Shown here: one piece after another, positions 1 through 8,379 of the stretch
How positions within the stretch are numbered: the stretch's first letter is position 1
Layout: each line of letters starts with the position of its first letter
Assembly (NCBI GenBank): GCA_903918885.1
Contig: CAIXFY010000030.1
Coordinates: 39,324 to 103,323 of the forward strand
From: an uncultured Verrucomicrobia subdivision 3 bacterium
Lineage (GTDB): Bacteria > Verrucomicrobiota > Verrucomicrobiia > Limisphaerales > UBA11358
Direction: 5' to 3'
DNA: 64,000 nt
Position numbers and translations under genes: made by a program
Notes under the pieces: model-generated
Seen by the model: only the letters and a program-made list of their open reading frames with translations
Told to the model about the DNA's origin: nothing
Database searches by the model: none

Positions 1-942
1 CACAAACGCCAGATCCAGCTTGGCGAAAATATCCTCTTCCGTTTTGCACGACACGAGCAATTTGGCATCGCGTGTCTCTTCCTTCGATTTGAACAAGCCG
101 TATTCATTCAGCCGCAAGCCGCGCTGAATCGCCCGCTGCCGCATCACGATGTTGTGCTCCTTACTGCCGGTGAAATACGCCAGTGCGAACGGAAATTCCG
201 CATCGCTCACCACGCGCAAATCACACTGGATGCCGCCTTCAAGAATCACGCTCGCCTTCGTCTCCCCCTTCGCCAGCACTTTTACAATGCCCGGCTGCGA
301 CGCAAAAAATTCAATCACTGCCGTCGCGTTCTTCGACGACGCCAGCAGATCAATGTCGCCAATCACCTCCTTGAACCGCCGCAAGCTGCCCGCCGTGCTG
401 CATCGGATTACATCCGGGTGCGACCGCAAATCATCCAGCAACGGCTCCGCCGCCAGCCACGCATCGCCCAGCAAATGTTTGCTCGCGTAAGTGCGCTTAC
501 GCGCGATGCCTTCCAGAATGTTCGTCTGCGTTTTCTCGCCGAAACCATCCAACTCCGCCACCTTGCCAGCGTTGCAAGCCGCTTCAAGTTTCTCAATGGA
601 ATCAATGCCAAGCTGCTTATTCATCGCCTGAATTTTCTTCGGTCCAAGCCCGGAAATTTCCAGCATTTCGATCAGCCCCGGCGCAATGGAAGCTTTGAGT
701 TCCTCGTAATATTTTAATTTTCCCGTCTCGACCAACTCCGTGATTTTTTGCTCCAACGCCGCGCCGATGCCCTTGATTTCGCCCAGCCGTTTTTCCGCGA
801 CGAGCGTCGCCAGCGGCTCATTCAAACCCTCAATCGTCCGTGCGCCGTTCGCATAAGCGCGCGTCTTGAACGGGTTTTCGCCCTTCAATTCCAGCAGCGT
901 TCCAATCTCCACCAAAATCTCCGCAACTTTTTCTTTGTCCAT
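1..942 (-). CDS. polX: DNA polymerase/3'-5' exonuclease PolX, N-terminal part (gene runs off the left edge)
   Basis: Absent from the ORF track because there is no stop inside the window. My translation of the minus strand from ATG 942..940 gives MDKEKVAEILVEIGTLLELKGENPFKTRAYANGARTIEGL... It has repeated helix-hairpin-helix signatures (GIGAALEQKI, ISGLGPKKI, DGFGEKTQ) and a pol-beta-type GDIDLL nucleotidyltransferase motif. Confidence 0.8.
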   Translation of the reverse strand, partial: MDKEKVAEILVEIGTLLELKGENPFKTRAYANGARTIEGLNEPLATLVAEKRLGEIKGIGAALEQKITELVETGKLKYYEELKASIAPGLIEMLEISGLGPKKIQAMNKQLGIDSIEKLEAACNAGKVAELDGFGEKTQTNILEGIARKRTYASKHLLGDAWLAAEPLLDDLRSHPDVIRCSTAGSLRRFKEVIGDIDLLASSKNATAVIEFFASQPGIVKVLAKGETKASVILEGGIQCDLRVVSDAEFPFALAYFTGSKEHNIVMRQRAIQRGLRLNEYGLFKSKEETRDAKLLVSCKTEEDIFAKLDLAFV

Positions 943-995
943 GCGCAAACAATATGAAGCGCAATTTACAAAGTTCAAATTTGTTTCTTCGCGTT

Positions 996-1076
996 CTTAA
1001 TCCTAATCTTAATCCTAATCTTAATCGGCTTCTCGGTTCAGTTTGGGATTACGATTAAGATTAGGATTATGATTAC
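996..1076. repeat. Hexamer-periodic inverted repeat (hairpin) between divergent polX and thiD
   Basis: 996-1026 reads (CTTAAT/CCTAAT)x5. 1047-1076 is its imperfect reverse complement. A perfect 17-nt stem forms between 1010-1026 (taatcctaatcttaatc) and 1053-1069 (gattaagattaggatta), with a 26-nt loop. Confidence 0.6.
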
Positions 1077-1947
1077 GAGAACAACTTTGCCCGTCGCGCT
1101 CACCATCGCCGGCTCCGACAGCGGCGGCGGCGCGGGCATTCAGGCCGATTTGAAAACCTTCGCTGCGCTTGGCGTCCACGGCACGAGCGCGATTGCTTGC
1201 CTGACTGCGCAAAATCCCAAACGCGTGCTCGCCGTCGAACCGTGCTCGCCCAAAATGTTGCGCCAGCAAATCGAAGCCGTGTTTGAAGAATTGAGTCCGG
1301 CGGCGGTGAAAACCGGCATGCTGTTCTCGGCGGAAAATATTCGGGTCGTTGCCAACTTTTTCCGCAACTCAAAACTAAAAACTAAAAACTTAAAACTCGT
1401 CGTCGATCCCGTGATGGTTTCCACCAGCGGTGCGCGATTATTGCAGCCGGCGGCAGAAAAAATCCTGCGCGAAAAACTGTTGCCACTCGCCGCGCTCGTC
1501 ACGCCGAATTTGGACGAGGCCGAAATTCTCGCCGGACAAAAGATTTCCTCGCCCGAAGACCTGCGTTCCACCGCGCGCACAATCCATTCGCGCTACGGCT
1601 GCGCGGTATTGGTGAAAGGCGGCCACCTCAAGAATTCCCTCATGGCCATTGATGTTTTCTTTGACGGCGAAACCGAGCTACTCCTGTCCGCGCCGTTTGT
1701 GAAAGGCGTTTCCACGCACGGCACCGGCTGCACTTATTCCGCCGCCATTTGCGCTGCGCTCGCGCTTGGTCACGGTTTGCCGCACGCGGTGGAGATTGGG
1801 AAAATTTTTATTACCGAAGCCATTTCCAACAGCTACCAAATCGGCAAACACTTCGCACTCGGCCAAGTTAAAAATTCGGACTGCGCAGCCGGAAAAACTG
1901 CGCCGCGTTCGTCATCGGCACGGACAAAATGTTCGTGCTGCCCGTAA
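1069..1947 (+). CDS. thiD: hydroxymethylpyrimidine/phosphomethylpyrimidine kinase
   Basis: TIAGSDSGGGAGIQADLKTF, VVDPVMVSTSG and GTGCTYSAAI motifs. The last ~25 codons are unconserved-looking and overlap the convergent protease gene, so the true C-terminus is uncertain. Confidence 0.85.
   Translation: MITRTTLPVALTIAGSDSGGGAGIQADLKTFAALGVHGTSAIACLTAQNPKRVLAVEPCSPKMLRQQIEAVFEELSPAAVKTGMLFSAENIRVVANFFRNSKLKTKNLKLVVDPVMVSTSGARLLQPAAEKILREKLLPLAALVTPNLDEAEILAGQKISSPEDLRSTARTIHSRYGCAVLVKGGHLKNSLMAIDVFFDGETELLLSAPFVKGVSTHGTGCTYSAAICAALALGHGLPHAVEIGKIFITEAISNSYQIGKHFALGQVKNSDCAAGKTAPRSSSARTKCSCCP
1366..1398 (+). repeat. 33-nt AT-rich heptad element (CTNAAAA-like x4) in frame inside thiD
   Basis: aactcaaaactaaaaactaaaaacttaaaactc encodes [11 protein letters not shown]. 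It is 30/33 identical to 35613-35645 inside ribH, and the flanks are unrelated. Confidence 0.8.
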
Positions 1948-3427
1948 GCGTGGCGGAAAAATTGTTCGTGCTCCACGTTGGCGCGGCCAGATTCGTCGTC
2001 GCCTCCACACAGAAACCCGCCGGATAAACCGGCCACGTCAAAACCGCATTCGTGCCGGTGCGAGCGAGCGACAATTGTGTCGGCGCAAAGGCAAACGCTA
2101 GCGCGTAAGTCTCATTATCGCTCACGACATTCGTGCCACCGTTTTTCAAAATTTGCAAATCGTAACTGCCTGCGTCGAGTCTCGCAAAAAAGATGTGCTC
2201 CACATTATCCACGCGGCTTGTGCTGCACGCGACGAGGTTACTGCTGGCGCAATCGTATAGAAACAAGTCGAGGTCGTTGATGTTCGTTTTGCCAAGCTGA
2301 CGATTCCATACAAGCGTGGCCACAACAAAACCATTGGTGGCATTGAAGAAATAATGGTTCACCGCATCGTTTGTCGCGGTGCTGGAGATGCTTTGCAAAT
2401 TCCACCCGCTGTTCGCGGCCACGACATTTGTGACCGCAATCGGCGGATGCGCCGCACCCGTTAAAATAAAATCCGTTGCGCTGGGATTGTATTTTCCACC
2501 CGCCAGCTGCTTGTAAGAATTAAAAACATTCAGCACGCCCGCGCCGTAGCGGGCATCGAGCGGCGAGGAATTTGAATTCGTCCAGTTCGCCGGCTTCACT
2601 GCGCCGTTGAGCAGCAGCGCTTTGATTGTTCGCAGATCAAAGGCGGCATTGGTATCGCTCCCGCCGTCACCGCGCAAGGCGGCTTGCATCAGCACCGCCG
2701 CCGCACCGGAAACTTGCGGCGTGGAAAAGCTGGTCACGCCCGAGGGCGCGGTGATGTCTGGTTTGCACCGGCCATTGTCCAAGGTCGGACCGGTGCTGGA
2801 ACTGCCACCGTAAGCCGCCACACCAATCCCGTTGTAGCTGGTGGCTGCTGGACTTACTGAACCACTATTACCCGCGCCGGAAATAAAAAGCGTGCCGTAT
2901 TGCGCGGCATAATCATCGTAGGCGGAATCAATTTCCTGCTGCTCACCGACGCTGGCATGACCGCCGTTCGTCTCGGTGAAAATAAAACTTTGATTCACAA
3001 CGGAATCATTAAGCACCATCAAATTGCTGACGACGTAAGTGTTGACGAAATAATTCGCGTCAAAGTTGTCCACACGCGCCACGTTAGTTGCGACACCACT
3101 TCCGGTCATGCCATAAAAGTTCGCCCCCACGCCGTCCGCGTGGCCTGATTCGCTGCCGACGCTATTGGGATAATTCGTGGCCGTCCCTGCCGCCGAAGCG
3201 TAAGTAAACCGATTCGTCGGCTGGCCCACCGACGCTGGATTGACCTCGAAGGCGGGCGCGCTCGCCTCCGGCTGAGCGACACGGATACCGGAGCCGTCCA
3301 GATTGGTCGTCTGCGTCCGCAAAAGCGTCACCCCAATCTGGTCAAGGTTTTGCGCCCGCGCACTCACACCGAAAATGCCCGTCAACAAACCGGCAAGCAG
3401 GATGGTCTGGCGAATCAATGGGTTCAT
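1868..3427 (-). CDS. secreted subtilisin-like (S8) serine peptidase
   Basis: Signal peptide (LLAGLLTGIFGVSARA). His motif SGHADGVG, oxyanion FISGAGNSG, Ser motif TSFSTPQVSGAAAVL. The Asp-motif position is atypical (IRVAQPEAS). The C-terminal ~90 aa form a beta-rich tail. Confidence 0.8.
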   Translation of the reverse strand: MNPLIRQTILLAGLLTGIFGVSARAQNLDQIGVTLLRTQTTNLDGSGIRVAQPEASAPAFEVNPASVGQPTNRFTYASAAGTATNYPNSVGSESGHADGVGANFYGMTGSGVATNVARVDNFDANYFVNTYVVSNLMVLNDSVVNQSFIFTETNGGHASVGEQQEIDSAYDDYAAQYGTLFISGAGNSGSVSPAATSYNGIGVAAYGGSSSTGPTLDNGRCKPDITAPSGVTSFSTPQVSGAAAVLMQAALRGDGGSDTNAAFDLRTIKALLLNGAVKPANWTNSNSSPLDARYGAGVLNVFNSYKQLAGGKYNPSATDFILTGAAHPPIAVTNVVAANSGWNLQSISSTATNDAVNHYFFNATNGFVVATLVWNRQLGKTNINDLDLFLYDCASSNLVACSTSRVDNVEHIFFARLDAGSYDLQILKNGGTNVVSDNETYALAFAFAPTQLSLARTGTNAVLTWPVYPAGFCVEATTNLAAPTWSTNNFSATLTGSTNILSVPMTNAAQFFRLRSPNF

Positions 3428-3532
3428 GAAAAATTTGTGGCGCGTCCAAAAAGTAATTCATGCCGCCAAAAAAATCCAATCCGCCGTGCGTAATGACATT
3501 TCTTTTTTTACGTTTTGGACTAGACTTCGCCC

Positions 3533-4270
3533 GTGATTGACACCCTCGTCGTCAATGAAATCTATTTGAGCCTGCAAGGTGAAAGCACCTTCGCCGGCTT
3601 GCCGTGCGTCTTCATCCGGCTCACCGGCTGCGACCTGCGCTGCTCCTATTGCGACACCGCCTACGCATTTACCGAAGGCAAAAAGCAAACGCTCGCGGAA
3701 ATTTTAGAAAAAGTTCGAGCATTGGCCGCGCCCTTCAAAAACTCACCACTCACCGCTTCGCCACTGCCCTTGGTTGAATTGACCGGCGGCGAGCCATTGC
3801 TGCAGAAAAATTCCCTACCGTTGATGAAAGCACTCTGCGACGCCGGTTTCACCGTGCTGATTGAAACGAGCGGCGCGCATGACATTTCTAAAATTGACTC
3901 GCGCGTCCGTCGCATCATGGATTTAAAATGTCCGAGCAGCGGCGAAGTGGGGCGAAATCTTTTTTCCAACCTCGCGCATCTAAAAGCCACGGACGAAATC
4001 AAGTTCGTCATCGGCATGCTCGAAGATTACGAATGGACGAAAGCGCAAATCGTCACGCACAAGCTGGCAGGCTTGTGTCCCCTGCTCTTGTCGTGGGTGC
4101 ATCCGCTCGCGCCGCAGCAGCAAAATAAAGTTCTCAAACCAGTTCCCGCCGGACTCTCGCCAATTTCGCGCAAAGAGTTGGTGGAAAAAATCATCGCCGA
4201 CGCGTTGCCCGTGCGGTTCCAAATCCAGCAGCACAAAATCATCTGGCCGCCGGAACAACGCGGCGTTTGA
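3533..4270 (+). CDS. queE: 7-carboxy-7-deazaguanine synthase (radical SAM)
   Basis: GTG start. EIYLSLQGEST...CVFIRLTGCDLRCSYCDT contains the CX3CX2C cluster in the QueE context. Confidence 0.85.
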   Translation: MIDTLVVNEIYLSLQGESTFAGLPCVFIRLTGCDLRCSYCDTAYAFTEGKKQTLAEILEKVRALAAPFKNSPLTASPLPLVELTGGEPLLQKNSLPLMKALCDAGFTVLIETSGAHDISKIDSRVRRIMDLKCPSSGEVGRNLFSNLAHLKATDEIKFVIGMLEDYEWTKAQIVTHKLAGLCPLLLSWVHPLAPQQQNKVLKPVPAGLSPISRKELVEKIIADALPVRFQIQQHKIIWPPEQRGV

Positions 4271-4273
4271 TTC

Positions 4274-5200
4274 ATGAATACAAGCGATTACGTCATCGAC
4301 GTGCGTGGCGTGACGAAGAAATTCGGCACGCGCACCGTCGTCAACGACATCGCGATGCAAGTTCGCCCCGGCGAGATTTACGGTTTCCTCGGTCCGAACG
4401 GCAGCGGCAAGACCACGTTTCTGCGGATGCTCTGCGGCTTGCTCACGCCGGATGGCGGCGAAGGCCAATGTCTTGGGTTGGATTTCCGCCGCGAATCTGC
4501 CGAGATCAAAAAGCGCGTCGGCTACATGACGCAAAAATTTTCGTTCTACGAAGATTTGAGCATCGAGGAAAATCTGGATTTCATCGCGCGACTTTATCTG
4601 ATGCCGCAGCGCAAGACCGCCGTGGAAAAAAGTCTGGAACGGCTCGGCATGGTGGAGCGGCGCAAGCAACTGGCGGGCACGCTTTCCGGCGGCTGGAAAC
4701 AGCGGCTCGCGCTCGCGGCGTGTTTGATTCACGAGCCGCAACTGCTGCTACTCGACGAGCCGACGGCCGGCGTGGATCCCAAGGCGCGGCGCGATTTCTG
4801 GGACGAGATTCACAAATTAGCCGCGTCAGGATTGACGTTTCTCATCACCACGCATTACATGGATGAGGCATCGCGCTGCAACCGGCTCGCCTACATCGCC
4901 TACGGAAATTTGCTCGCGCGCGGCACGGTGAACGAAGTGGTGAAAGCTGGCGGGCTGACGACGTGGGAAATTTCCGGCGAAAATCTGGCGGCGCTCGCGG
5001 AAAAAATTCGTGGTTTGCCGGGCGTGGAACAGGTCGTTGCGTTCGGCACGGCATTGCACGTCAGCGGTCGGGACGCGGAAAAATTGCGGGCGAGCGTCGC
5101 GCCCTTCATGTCGGGAGCGCAACGCTGGGAGAAAATCGAATCAGGCTTGGAAGACGTGTTCATCAGCCTGATGGAAACCGCGAAGGACAATTTCTCGTGA
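4274..5200 (+). CDS. ABC transporter ATP-binding protein (ABC-2 exporter type)
   Basis: Walker A GPNGSGKTT, signature LSGGWKQRL, Walker B LLLLDEP. Confidence 0.9.
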   Translation: MNTSDYVIDVRGVTKKFGTRTVVNDIAMQVRPGEIYGFLGPNGSGKTTFLRMLCGLLTPDGGEGQCLGLDFRRESAEIKKRVGYMTQKFSFYEDLSIEENLDFIARLYLMPQRKTAVEKSLERLGMVERRKQLAGTLSGGWKQRLALAACLIHEPQLLLLDEPTAGVDPKARRDFWDEIHKLAASGLTFLITTHYMDEASRCNRLAYIAYGNLLARGTVNEVVKAGGLTTWEISGENLAALAEKIRGLPGVEQVVAFGTALHVSGRDAEKLRASVAPFMSGAQRWEKIESGLEDVFISLMETAKDNFS

Positions 5201-5375
5201 AATTTCGAAATCATTTTTGGGAGCGCGCCCGCCACGGGCGCAGTTTTCCGCGCCCTCGCGGAAAACAACAAACGCACAAAAGATTTCTGGCGATTCGCGT
5301 ATCGCGCGCACGCCCAATGCTGGACGCGGGGCGCGCCCAGCAACGCCCGAGGCGGGCGTGCTCCCTGAAAATAAT
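5201..5375. mobile_element. MITE-like hairpin insert flanked by a 24-nt direct duplication of the ABC gene 3' end
   Basis: Direct repeats cgcgaaggacaatttctc[g/a]tgaa at 5179-5202 and 5376-5399 (23/24). Inside them are inverted repeats gggagcgcgcccgcc (5219-5233) and ggcgggcgtgctccc (5351-5365), 14/15. Confidence 0.45.
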
Positions 5376-5413
5376 CGCGAAGGACAATTTCTCATGAAGC
5401 CTTCACATCAACC

Positions 5414-5472
5414 GGTAGGGCAAAGCTGCCGCTTTGCCACATCATTCAGGCAGCGCGGCAGCGCCGCCCTAC
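5414..5472. repeat. GC-rich imperfect palindrome (REP-like)
   Basis: ggtagggcaaagctgccgctttgcc...aggcagcgcggcagcgccgccctacc. The outer arms ggtagggc/gccctacc and inner arms gctgccgc/gcggcagc are complementary. Confidence 0.55.
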
Positions 5473-5491
5473 CAGGAACGGAGGCGCGCTC

Positions 5492-6622
5492 ATGAACTTC
5501 AACTTCCAACGTTTGTTCGCCATCGTGCTGAAGGAGTTCATCCAGATGCGGCGCGACCGGCTGACTTTCGGGATGATGATCGGCATTCCGATGATTCAGT
5601 TGATTTTGTTTGGCTACGCGATCAACTCGAATCCGAAACATCTGCCGACGGCGGTTTATGCGGCAGACAACAGCGTGTTCTCCCGCACGCTCATCTGGGG
5701 TTTGCGCAACAGCAGCTATTTCGACATCACCCGCGAGGCGCACAGCGTGGCGGAGATAAACACGTGGCTGGCCGAGGGCAAAGTGCAGTTCGCCATCACC
5801 GTGCCGGTGGATTTCTCGCGCAAACTTTTACGCGGCGAGAAACCCGATTTGCTGCTCGAAGCTGATGCGACCGATCCATCCGCCGTCGGCTTTGCACAAG
5901 CGGCGGTAAGCCAACTCGCGACGACCGTCATCAACCGTGACCTGACCGGGCCGCTGGCGAAATTGCAGTCGTCCGCACCGCCGTTCAACATCATCTCGCA
6001 TCAGCATTACAACCCCGAAAGCATCAGCCAATACAACATCGTTCCCGGACTCATGGGCGTGATGCTGACCATGACGATGATCATGATTACCGGCCTCGCC
6101 ATCACGCGCGAACGTGAGCGCGGCACGATGGAAAATCTCCTATCCACGCCCGTGCATCCCGGCGAAGTCATCGTGGGAAAAATCATTCCCTACATCATGG
6201 TCGGCTACGTGCAGGTGATTCTGGTTTTGCTGGCGGCGAAATTTCTGTTCAACGTGCCGATGCTCGGCAGCGTGCCGTTGCTGTTCCTGCTCGTGCTGCT
6301 ATTCATCGTGGCGAATCTCGCGGTGGGCATCACGTTTTCGACGGTGGCCAAAAACCAATTGCAGGCGGTGCAAATGGCGTTCTTCTTCTTTCTGCCGTCG
6401 CTGTTGCTCTCCGGCTACATGTTTCCGTTTCGCGGGATGCCGGGCTGGGCGCAGCACATCGGCGAATGCCTGCCGCTCACTCATTTTCTGCGCGTCGTGC
6501 GCGGGATTTTGCTGAAAGGCAATGGACTTGCGGAAACCTTGCCAGACTTGTGGCCGATTGCGTTGTTCCTGACGGTGGTGCTGGCCATCGGCATCAAGCG
6601 TTACCGGCAGACGCTGGATTAA
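5492..6622 (+). CDS. ABC-2 type transporter permease
   Basis: N-terminal TM, a large periplasmic loop, then five C-terminal TMs (YbhS/YhhJ-like layout). Lies downstream of the ATPase. Confidence 0.85.
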   Translation: MNFNFQRLFAIVLKEFIQMRRDRLTFGMMIGIPMIQLILFGYAINSNPKHLPTAVYAADNSVFSRTLIWGLRNSSYFDITREAHSVAEINTWLAEGKVQFAITVPVDFSRKLLRGEKPDLLLEADATDPSAVGFAQAAVSQLATTVINRDLTGPLAKLQSSAPPFNIISHQHYNPESISQYNIVPGLMGVMLTMTMIMITGLAITRERERGTMENLLSTPVHPGEVIVGKIIPYIMVGYVQVILVLLAAKFLFNVPMLGSVPLLFLLVLLFIVANLAVGITFSTVAKNQLQAVQMAFFFFLPSLLLSGYMFPFRGMPGWAQHIGECLPLTHFLRVVRGILLKGNGLAETLPDLWPIALFLTVVLAIGIKRYRQTLD

Positions 6623-6689
6623 ACAGTTTGCCTGAGCTGGTTTTACTTTCACTTGTCCAAATTAATCAAACCCGCCACATTCTCTCGCG

Positions 6690-7739
6690 ATGGCTTCAAT
6701 CACCGAATCTAAAACCAAAATTTCCGGCATCCTGATCAGCTTTGGGCTGCTGGCGACGGTGGGGTTAGTAGATTATGCGACCGGCTACAAGCTCACTTTT
6801 TTCCTGTTTTATCTGTTGCCGATTTTATTTGCGCTGAAGCGGGTGGGACAGGCGTTCGCTTTCGTGGTGTCCGTGATGTCAATCGTGGTCTGGCTGCTGG
6901 CTAACATGGCGGCGGGAGAACAATACGACGATATGTTGACGCCGGCTTGGAATATGGGCATCCGCCTGGCGGTTTTTCTGCTGATCATCATTCTGATTTC
7001 GGCGCGGGATGAATTGCAACTTTTGGTTCGCCAACGGACGGAAAGATTGGAGCGGGAAATTCAGGAGCGGGTCCGGCTGGAAAAAGAATTGCTCGAAGCC
7101 GGCGAACGCGAGCAGCGGCGCATCGGCCATGATTTGCATGACAGCCTCGGACAACATCTGACGGCCACGGCACTGGCGGGCAAGGTTCTGGCGAAAAAGT
7201 TGACGGACAAATCCGTGGCTGAAGCCACCGCCGCCGATCGCTTGGTGGCGCTGGTGGAGGAAGCAATTGAACTCACGCGCAAACTGGCGCGCAGCCTGCA
7301 TCCCATCGAGTTGGAAGCGAACGGACTGGCGGACGCGTTGCAGAATCTGGCGGCGAACATTTCCAAAGCCTTCAACGTATCGTGCCGTTTTGAAAATTCC
7401 GGCACCGCCGTTGCGACGACGCCCGAGTCCAGCACGCATTTGTATCGCATCGCGCAGGAGGCGGTGAGCAATGCCATTCGCCACGGTCACGCGCGTCATG
7501 TCACCATCTCGCTCGCCGGCTCGGGCGGGCAAATCCTGCTAACGGTCACGGATGACGGCACCGGGCTTTCAACGGATGCCCGCACAAAAAAAGGCATGGG
7601 CCTGCGCATCATGGATTATCGCGCTGGCATGATTGGCGCGACGTTTGACATCCAGAATCTGCCTGCTGGCGGCACGCGCGCCGTGTGTGTGCTGAAGCCC
7701 AACGTGTCCGCAACCGAGAATTCTCCCGATGAAAACTAA
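6690..7739 (+). CDS. sensor histidine kinase (HisKA_3/NarX-type) with N-terminal multi-TM domain
   Basis: H-box IGHDLHDSLGQHLTA. The ATPase region has SNAIRHG, DDGTG and GMGLRIM. About 4 TM helices occupy the first 110 aa. Confidence 0.85.
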   Translation: MASITESKTKISGILISFGLLATVGLVDYATGYKLTFFLFYLLPILFALKRVGQAFAFVVSVMSIVVWLLANMAAGEQYDDMLTPAWNMGIRLAVFLLIIILISARDELQLLVRQRTERLEREIQERVRLEKELLEAGEREQRRIGHDLHDSLGQHLTATALAGKVLAKKLTDKSVAEATAADRLVALVEEAIELTRKLARSLHPIELEANGLADALQNLAANISKAFNVSCRFENSGTAVATTPESSTHLYRIAQEAVSNAIRHGHARHVTISLAGSGGQILLTVTDDGTGLSTDARTKKGMGLRIMDYRAGMIGATFDIQNLPAGGTRAVCVLKPNVSATENSPDEN

Positions 7740-8379
7740 AGTGCTATTGGTGGACGATCATCCGCTCGTGCGCGAGTGGCTCACCAACCTGATCAACGAG
7801 GAAGCGGACTTTGAAGTCTGCGGGCAGGCGGGCGACGCGCGCGCGGCGCTGGAATTGATTGGCACATTATCGCCGCGCATCGCGGTGGTGGACATTTCGC
7901 TCGATGGCGGCTCCGGTCTGGAACTCATCAAGGACATCAAGGCGCAGTATCCGAAAACGGATGCGATCGTGTTGTCCATGCACGACGAGTCGCTGTATGC
8001 CGAGCGCGCGATGCGGGCGGGTGCCGCCGGCTACATCATGAAACGCGAGGCCACCGGCAAAGTGCTGGATGCTCTGCGCGCGGTGCTGGCCGGCGGACTT
8101 TTTTTCAGCAACGCCGTCAACGCCATGCTGGCGCAAAAACTGGTTCAAGGTGCGTCCGCCAAACCGACGGCGGTCGAAATTTTAAGCGACCGCGAGCTGG
8201 AGGTGTTTCAATTGCTCGGCCGCGGCTACAATACGCGGCAGATTTCCGAACAGATGAAGGTCAGTTTCAAGACGATTCAGGCTTACTGCGCCCGCATCAA
8301 GGAAAAGCTCAATCTCGCTAACATCAACGAACTGATTTTTCACGCCGTCCGCTGGCACGAAAGCCAGCAGCCGCGTTAA
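7729..8379 (+). CDS. response regulator, NarL/LuxR family
   Basis: REC domain (LLVDDHPLVRE, VVDISLDG), followed by a LuxR HTH (LSDRELEVFQLLGRGYNTRQISEQMKVSFKTIQAY). Overlaps the kinase gene by 11 nt. Confidence 0.9.
   Translation: MKTKVLLVDDHPLVREWLTNLINEEADFEVCGQAGDARAALELIGTLSPRIAVVDISLDGGSGLELIKDIKAQYPKTDAIVLSMHDESLYAERAMRAGAAGYIMKREATGKVLDALRAVLAGGLFFSNAVNAMLAQKLVQGASAKPTAVEILSDRELEVFQLLGRGYNTRQISEQMKVSFKTIQAYCARIKEKLNLANINELIFHAVRWHESQQPR

Noticed and set aside
960-1068. TPP riboswitch upstream of thiD
   Set aside because: I could not find the conserved CUGAGA / ACCUGAUCUGGAUAAUGCCAGCG-type core. The region is occupied by the hexamer hairpin instead. A covariance-model scan (Rfam RF00059) would be decisive.
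1868-1947. 80-nt convergent overlap of thiD and the S8 peptidase as a possible functional overlap
   Set aside because: The last ~25 thiD codons look unconserved (SDCAAGKTAPRSSSARTKCSCCP). They are most simply read-through into the antisense of the protease gene until a chance stop.
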